A stretch of 64,000 nt of DNA, taken from NCBI RefSeq assembly GCF_009914755.1, contig NC_060925.1. The stretch is one strand, 5' to 3'. The position numbers and the translations under genes are program-made. Positions 54,204 through 64,000 of the stretch are shown here, in pieces. The notes under the pieces are model-generated. The model was not told where the DNA came from. It saw nothing but the letters and a program-made list of their open reading frames with translations, and made no database searches. The DNA comes from the human T2T-CHM13v2.0 reference genome, Homo sapiens. How positions within the stretch are numbered: the stretch's first letter is position 1; every line of letters starts with the position of its first letter.

Positions 54204-55220
54204 ATGGGGAAAAAACAGAGCAGAAAAGCTGAAAATTCTAAAAATCAGAGCACCTCTCCCCCTCCAAAGGAACGCAGCTCTTCTCCAGCAACGGAACAAA
54301 GCTGGACCGAGAATGATTTTGACAAGTTGAGAGAAGAAGGCTTCAGATGATCAAACTTCTCTGAGCTAAAGGAGGAAGTTCGAATCCATCGCAAAGAAGC
54401 TAAAAACGTTGAAAAAAGATTAGACGAATGGCTAAATAGAATAACCAGTGTAGAGAAGTCCTTAAATGACCTTATGGAGCTGAAAACCATGGCATGAGAA
54501 CTACGTGACAAATGCATAAGCTTTAGTAGCTGATTCGGTCAACTGGAAGAAAGGGTATCAGTGATTGAAGATCAAACGAATGAAATGAAGCGAGAAGAGA
54601 AGTTTAGAGAAAAAAGAGTAAAAAGAAATGAACAAAGCCTCCAAGAAATATGGGACTATGTGAAAAGACCAAATCTGTGTCTGATTGGTGTACCTGAAAG
54701 TGATGGGGAGAATGGAACCAAGTTGGAAAACACTCTGCAGGATATTGTCCAGTAGAACTTCCCCAACCTAGCAAGGCAGGCCAACATTCAACTTCAGGAA
54801 ATACAGAGAACGCCACAAAGATACTCCTCGAGAAGAGGAACTCCAAGACACAAAACTGTCAGATTCACCAAAGTTGAAATGAAGGAAAAAATGTTAAGGG
54901 CTGCCAGAGAGAAAGGTTGGGTTACCCACAAAGGGAAGCCCATCAGATTAACAGCGGATCTCTTGGCAGAAACTCTACAAGCCAGAAGAGAGTCGGGGCC
55001 AATATTTAACATTCTTAAAGAAAAGCATTTTCAACCCAGAATTTCATATCCAGCCAAACTAAGCTTCAGAAGTGAAGAAGAAATAAAATCCTTTACAGAC
55101 AAGCAAATGCTGAGAGATTTTGTCACCACCAGGCCTGCCCTACAAGAGCTCCTGAAGGAAGCACTAAACATGGAAAGGATCAGCCGGTACCAGCCACTGC
55201 AAAAACATGCCAAATTGTAA
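54204..55220 (+). pseudogene. L1 ORF1p, disrupted
   Basis: ATG GGG AAA AAA CAG start; in-frame TGA at 54348-54350 and further stops; C-terminus ...YQPLQKHAKL*. Confidence 0.93.
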
Positions 55221-55283
55221 AGACCATTGATGCTAGGAAGAAACTATATCAAGTAACGAGCAAAATAACTAGCTAACATCATA

Positions 55284-59092
<3,809 letters not shown>

Positions 59093-60073
59093 ACAATGAG
59101 AACACTTGGACACAGGAAGGGGAACATCACACACCAGGGCCTGTCGTGGGGTCGGGTTAGAGGGGAGGGATAGCATTAGGAGATATACCTAATGTAAATG
59201 ACGAGTTAATGGGTGCAGCACACCAACATGGCACATGTATACATATGTAACAAACCTGCACGTTGTGCACATGTACCCTAGAACTTAAAGTATAATAATA
59301 ATAAAAATATGCCCAAAATCTGTCCTCATGGAGCTTGGCAACCTAGATGAGGACATGGGCAAGAAATAAAGTGCTCTATAATATCACAGCAATTAATGCT
59401 ATGAAGACATGCAGAGCAAAGGAGTAGCTGGTGACCAGAGGGTGCTATTGTAGTTAGAATTCTTAGGAAATCATTATAAATTTTTTCTTTGCATTTACAT
59501 ATTAGCATTGCCAACAGGATGCCTAAGAGTTGTGGGACCCATCAGTCTTACTCCTTTTCTGCTTAGCCTCATTTAGTGACCAGTTGATGTCCCTCTCTCA
59601 CTCTTTGACCCTTAAGACTTGAAAGAACATTAAATGCACTCAGGGGATCTCTGCTACTGAGCAGGACTGTACCCACCTCTGCCTTTTCCTAAAGAACTCA
59701 TGAAGACCCTAATTCCCTATGGGCTTCCCTTGTCTCCTGCATGCTTTGACCTCGACACTCTGTAGTACCCCACCCCATCACAAGCAGAGCCATGGCTGCC
59801 GGCAGAAATCTGCTGCTTGAAAAGGCCAAATTGTACAGAGGGCACAAGTTTCTATGTGGAGACTGCTGGAAGTGTGTCCCTGGGAAAGAAACTAAAAGCA
59901 GCTTTCCATTCTGTATGAAGGGGCAAGCTCTAAGCAAAGGGCGGTGGCCTGCAGTGAATCCAGTGAGCCCCTGAGCAGGGGACTGGGTAACACTAGCATC
60001 TGGAAGCAGAGGCCTGGATGCCACCACCATCCAGGTGGACATCTGTCTCCTGCAGGACTCCCAGTTGAATGTT

Positions 60074-60296
60074 CAGGTCAGCAAATATTTTCTGTAAAGG
60101 ACCTGGGTAGGAAATATTTTGGCCCTGTGGGCCAGATGGCGTTTGTGGCAACTATTCAGCACTGCCATTGTAGTGTGAAAGAAGCCGTAGATAATAATGT
60201 AAGCAAATGGGCATAGCTGTGTTCAGTGAAACTTTATTTACAAAAGCAGGTGGTGGGCTGGACTTGGCCTGCAGGCTGTAATTTACTGACCCCTGG
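60074..60296 (+). mobile_element. MER58A-like hAT DNA transposon
   Basis: caggtcagcaaatattttctgtaaagg...ctgccattgtag...aaactttatttacaaaagcaggtgg...tttactgacccctg. Confidence 0.88.
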
Positions 60297-60974
60297 ACTA
60301 GTTGATTGAACCAAAATTGGCTCCAGTAGGGAAGGTGAACATGGCTGATCTTTAGAGGTAGGAAACAGAAGGAGAGTTTATGGGAGATGTTAGAAAAGGA
60401 AAAGAAACAATCCCACTCACATCCATGGAGTTGGTTAGCTCCATTCACAGGGGAAGAGGAATGAGAAGCCACTCCTGTACCTGAGATGGGGAAGACTGAG
60501 GACAGAAAGCAGAATTCCGAAGAGAAAGTGATGGTAAAACTAGAAGAGACTACCGGGGAAAAGGGAGGAAAATCCTTTTCAAAAGTTGGGAAAATGCGAT
60601 ACCATGTTTGCCCTTAAAGTTCATTTATGATACACACAAAAATAAATCCTTTAAATGCTCTTTCTCAGTAAATTAATAGGTCACCAGTTGTGCCTTTAAT
60701 ATAAAAGCCTTTTCCTCCAGTGTAATTAATTGCAAAAGCTATAGGTAGCTGTTATCTTTCAGATCACAATTTTCCAGAATTTTGCACTCTTGGACTGTGT
60801 GGATGGAAGATACTGAATTATTAAACACAAGTTGTAATTTAGTTTTTCCTCACACATGCTGTGGGCTGTGAGGGAATGCTCTTTTGTGAAGGACATGTTG
60901 CATAAGTGATTTGTGGGCCAAGGTCCTCTGTGCTGAGCAGGGGTGGGGACAGCAGACTTTGGCCCTTCTGAGGC

Positions 60975-61420
60975 AGTATCTTAGGTCAGGTTCTCCGCAA
61001 GCAAAGACAGACAAGCACGCGAGTGATGGATTGAGGGAGTGTTCTCAGGAGAACACTGAGGGAGGGAGGGACTTGAGATAGAGCTGGAGAAGAAGGCAAG
61101 TCGAGGTGTGAATTCAGAGCAAGTCCACCTCCCCACGGGGAGTTCTGGAGCATGAGTGTACTGCAGAGTAGGCCCACCGGAGGGAAGGGGACTGGGCTTT
61201 TCTGTCCCTTCACTAGTCAGTCATTGTCCACAGGCTGAGTGGCAAAGAAGCGAGAGCAGTTCATAACCTCCAGGTGGAGGCTTCCATCAGCCTAAGCCCG
61301 GCCTCTGGAGGGGGGAGGGTACAGGTGTGTGAATTTTAACAGCCAGTACCTGCAGTGGCCAGAGGCCCAGCCCACCAGCTGGGGTGGACTGGCCACCAGC
61401 TGCATTTGCTGCAGCTGGTA
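60975..61420 (-). mobile_element. LTR16-like ERVL solo LTR
   Basis: tcttaggtcaggttctcc...gagggagtgttctcaggagaa...cccacggggagttctggagc; subfamily and ends uncertain. Confidence 0.5.
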
Positions 61421-61494
61421 ATGCCCTTCCCCTTAGCAGGTCTGTGTGTAGGAGCATGTGTGTTGAGCTGTGGAGATAATGTTGTTCATGGTGA

Positions 61495-61700
61495 CCAACT
61501 TTTATTGAGTACTTACTGTGTTCCAGGTGCTGTTCTAAGCATTTTAATAAATGTGGTAAATTTAACCCTGGGTTTTGTCATTTTCATTTTGCAGATGAGG
61601 AAACTAAGTCTCAGTGAACTTGGGGAACTCGCCCAGGTCACATGGTTCATTAGTGCTGGTGCTGGGATGCTAGCCCAGGCAGCCTGGCCCTGGAGCCTGG
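61495..61700 (-). mobile_element. MIR SINE
   Basis: ttattgagtacttactgtgttccagg...cattttgcagatgaggaaactaag...cccaggtcaca. Confidence 0.85.
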
Positions 61701-62824
61701 CTCCCACACCATAAGGCACAGCGGGGATCAGGGCTTAGAGTCTGGGAACCCGGTTTGGCTTTTTGCCTTCAGCAACCACCCAGCACCTGCAGGTGACAGC
61801 AGCACTGAGTTAAGAGTTTTCACTGAAGACGAGAGTGATGCGGGTGTCCACTCTGCCCTTGGCACTGTGAGAGCATGAGGCTGTTTATGGCACTCCCTCT
61901 GCCCCCAGGGAGCTAGTTTCCTTGGAGAGACACTGGGAACAAAAAAAAAAAAAAAAAAAAAATTATGCTCAAGTGCCACAGTGGGTCAATGGGAGAAAAA
62001 GAGAAGATATTACATGTTTAGAGTGAGCTAAGGAAGAATTATCATTTGGATAATTTCATAGAAATTCTTGCTTTTAGTTCTGCTTACTTTTTTAATATGT
62101 AAGCATCTGAAAATAATTTATTTGCCTTATGTGCTTTTTGAGGCTATTAGTGTATTTTTACTAAATGAACAAATGTTATCTCTTGTTCGGCAAAAAATTG
62201 TGTTATTTGACATTTATATAAAACGCTTTCTCAAGTGGATTTAAGACAACAGTGTCATGGCTGTTGTCTTTTGTTGCTGGATGAATCTCAGAGCCGACAC
62301 AGCTGATAATGGTTGGTACCAGTCAAGGGAAGAGGTCAAGGGCTTATGATGTGTGCTCTGTTTTCACATTCCATGAGAATTACCACTTGTGCCAAAGTCT
62401 TCTTTCTCTTATGCCCATATTAATTTATTTGAGGCTGTTAGAATCTTAATTTTGCAGAGTACTTTACGATTCAGCATTACTCTCTGGGACTGTTAAACTG
62501 TGTTCCATTTTCTCAGCTTGACATTTTTTTTCCTCTTGTTTTGAACTTAAGCACTTCTGCAAGGAAAGAAAAACCATAGTGTACAATAAAATCTAAACTG
62601 TTTACAACTCTAAATTTGGTGCAATTCATTTTATGTACATTTTGTTCCATATGACTTTAGTGTCCTTCCAGTCTTGGGTTCTTCTGCCTAAACTGTCAAA
62701 GGAGCTGGCTTTCTTTGGGAGACAGAGCCTGCAGTGTCCTGGCATACCAGCTTTCGGATCAGTGTTCTCTGTGGGAGACAGTTTTTGGCCCTGACTCTTC
62801 TTCCTGTGGCCCCTTAGTCTGGGT

Positions 62825-63050
62825 GGCAGCAGTGCAGTGGTTAAGAGGCTGGGCTCTGGAGCTGTACTCCCTGGGTTAAGCTGCACACTCTGCTACCTGC
62901 TGACTACATGACCTTGAGCAGGTATATAGTCTGGCAATAATGGCAGAATAAAAGTATGATAGTGCCTTCATCATAGGGCTGTTGTGAGGATCCAGTGAGA
63001 CCGAAGGCATGTAGTGTTGTGCTTGCCATACGTAGTAAGGGCCTCATACA
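62825..63050 (+). mobile_element. MIR SINE just upstream of exon 8
   Basis: cagtggttaagag...gggctctggagc...tgaccttgagcag...tcatagggctgttgtgaggat. Confidence 0.8.
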
Positions 63051-63119
63051 TGGATGTGGCCATACATATGACTTCTGCCCATTGCACTGACCCCAGGGTT
63101 TTGGCTTGGTAATCCGTAG

Positions 63120-63425
63120 ATGACATGGCCTTTGATGTGTCCTGGTTTGCGGTGCACTCTTTTGGCCTGGACAAGGCTCCTGTGCTCCTGTCTTCCCTGG
63201 ATCGGAAGGGCATCGTGACCACCTCCCGGAGGGACTGGAAGAGCGACCTCAGCCTGGAGCGCGTGAGTGTGCTGGAATTCTTGCTGCAAGTGCATGGCTC
63301 CGAGGACCAGGACTTTGGCAACTACTACTGTTCCGTGACTCCATGGGTGAAGTCACCAACAGGTTCCTGGCAGAAGGAGGCAGAGATCCACTCCAAGCCC
63401 GTTTTTATAACTGTGAAGATGGATG
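63120..63425 (+). CDS. PTGFRN: PTGFRN exon 8: remainder of Ig-V domain 6 ((D)DMAFDVSWF...FITVKMD)
   Basis: Acceptor aatccgtag| at 63119, donor |gtaaga at 63426; 306 nt; W...DFGNYYC. Confidence 0.96.
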
Positions 63426-63853
63426 GTAAGAATGTCACCCAAATTTCTCAGTGTTTGGGAATGTCTTCTTGTGCCAGGCTGTAGCTGACAGAACCCAGGT
63501 GGCCACAGTTTGAGGAATGTGCCATAGCACGTCCTGCTTTCTTTCTAGACCTGGCCTGAGCCTGCACCCAGAAGGGCACCAGCAGCCCTTGCAGTTTCCC
63601 CAGCTTTGCTATTATGTGCTAGTGTCACCATTGATAAATAATTTTCAAGACTTACTAGAAAAATTTTCAAGGCTTTGCCTCTTCCATAAATTTATAGAAA
63701 CTCGCTTTATGGTGTCCGAGGGTTGGCATGGATTCTGCTAGGCACAGGCAGAGAGCAGCCTTGAGAGAGAGGGCTCAGGTCAATAGGGGAGGCTATAGCT
63801 TAGGGACCTGCTACTCTCACTACCACTGGTTTTGCTTCTTAAGAGAGACTCAT

Positions 63854-64000
63854 GGCTGGGCACAGTGGCTCACGCCTGTAACCCCAGCACTTTGGGAGGC
63901 CGAGGCGGGCGGATCATGAGGTCAGGAGTTCGAGACCTGCCTGGCCAACATAGTGAAACCCCGTCTCTACTAAAAATACAAAAAAGAAAAAAAAAATTAG
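63854..64000 (+). mobile_element. AluS left arm, cut by the window edge
   Basis: ggctgggcacagtggctcacgcctgtaa...ggatcatgaggtcaggagttcgagacc...taaaaatacaaaaa. Confidence 0.93.

Overview
Primate genomic DNA (human or a very close ape) covering most of the body of PTGFRN (CD9P-1/EWI-F/CD315) on the + strand. The window starts inside intron 1 and contains coding exons 2-8 (369, 414, 381, 426, 420, 108 and 306 nt; all phase 1-1 with GT-AG borders). These splice into one open frame encoding the end of the signal peptide and six V-type Ig domains. Exon 1 and the transmembrane/cytoplasmic exon lie outside the window; exon numbers and residue numbers come from my recollection of the gene. The introns are mostly interspersed repeats: about 11 Alus, a full-length but inactivated sense-oriented L1PA4-like element in intron 7, a truncated THE1A provirus, MLT1C and ERVL-type LTRs, L2/MIR/L1M relics, MER/Tigger DNA transposons and a tailless 5S rRNA retropseudogene. 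Repeat subfamily names are by-eye calls. I found no convincing wholly new biological system. The best lead is a hypothesis around exon 7: a weak donor, a 52-codon read-through ending on an AATAAA, and an RGDLxxL motif in a split Ig domain. Nearly all other ORFs in the supplied track are repeat-derived or chance frames.
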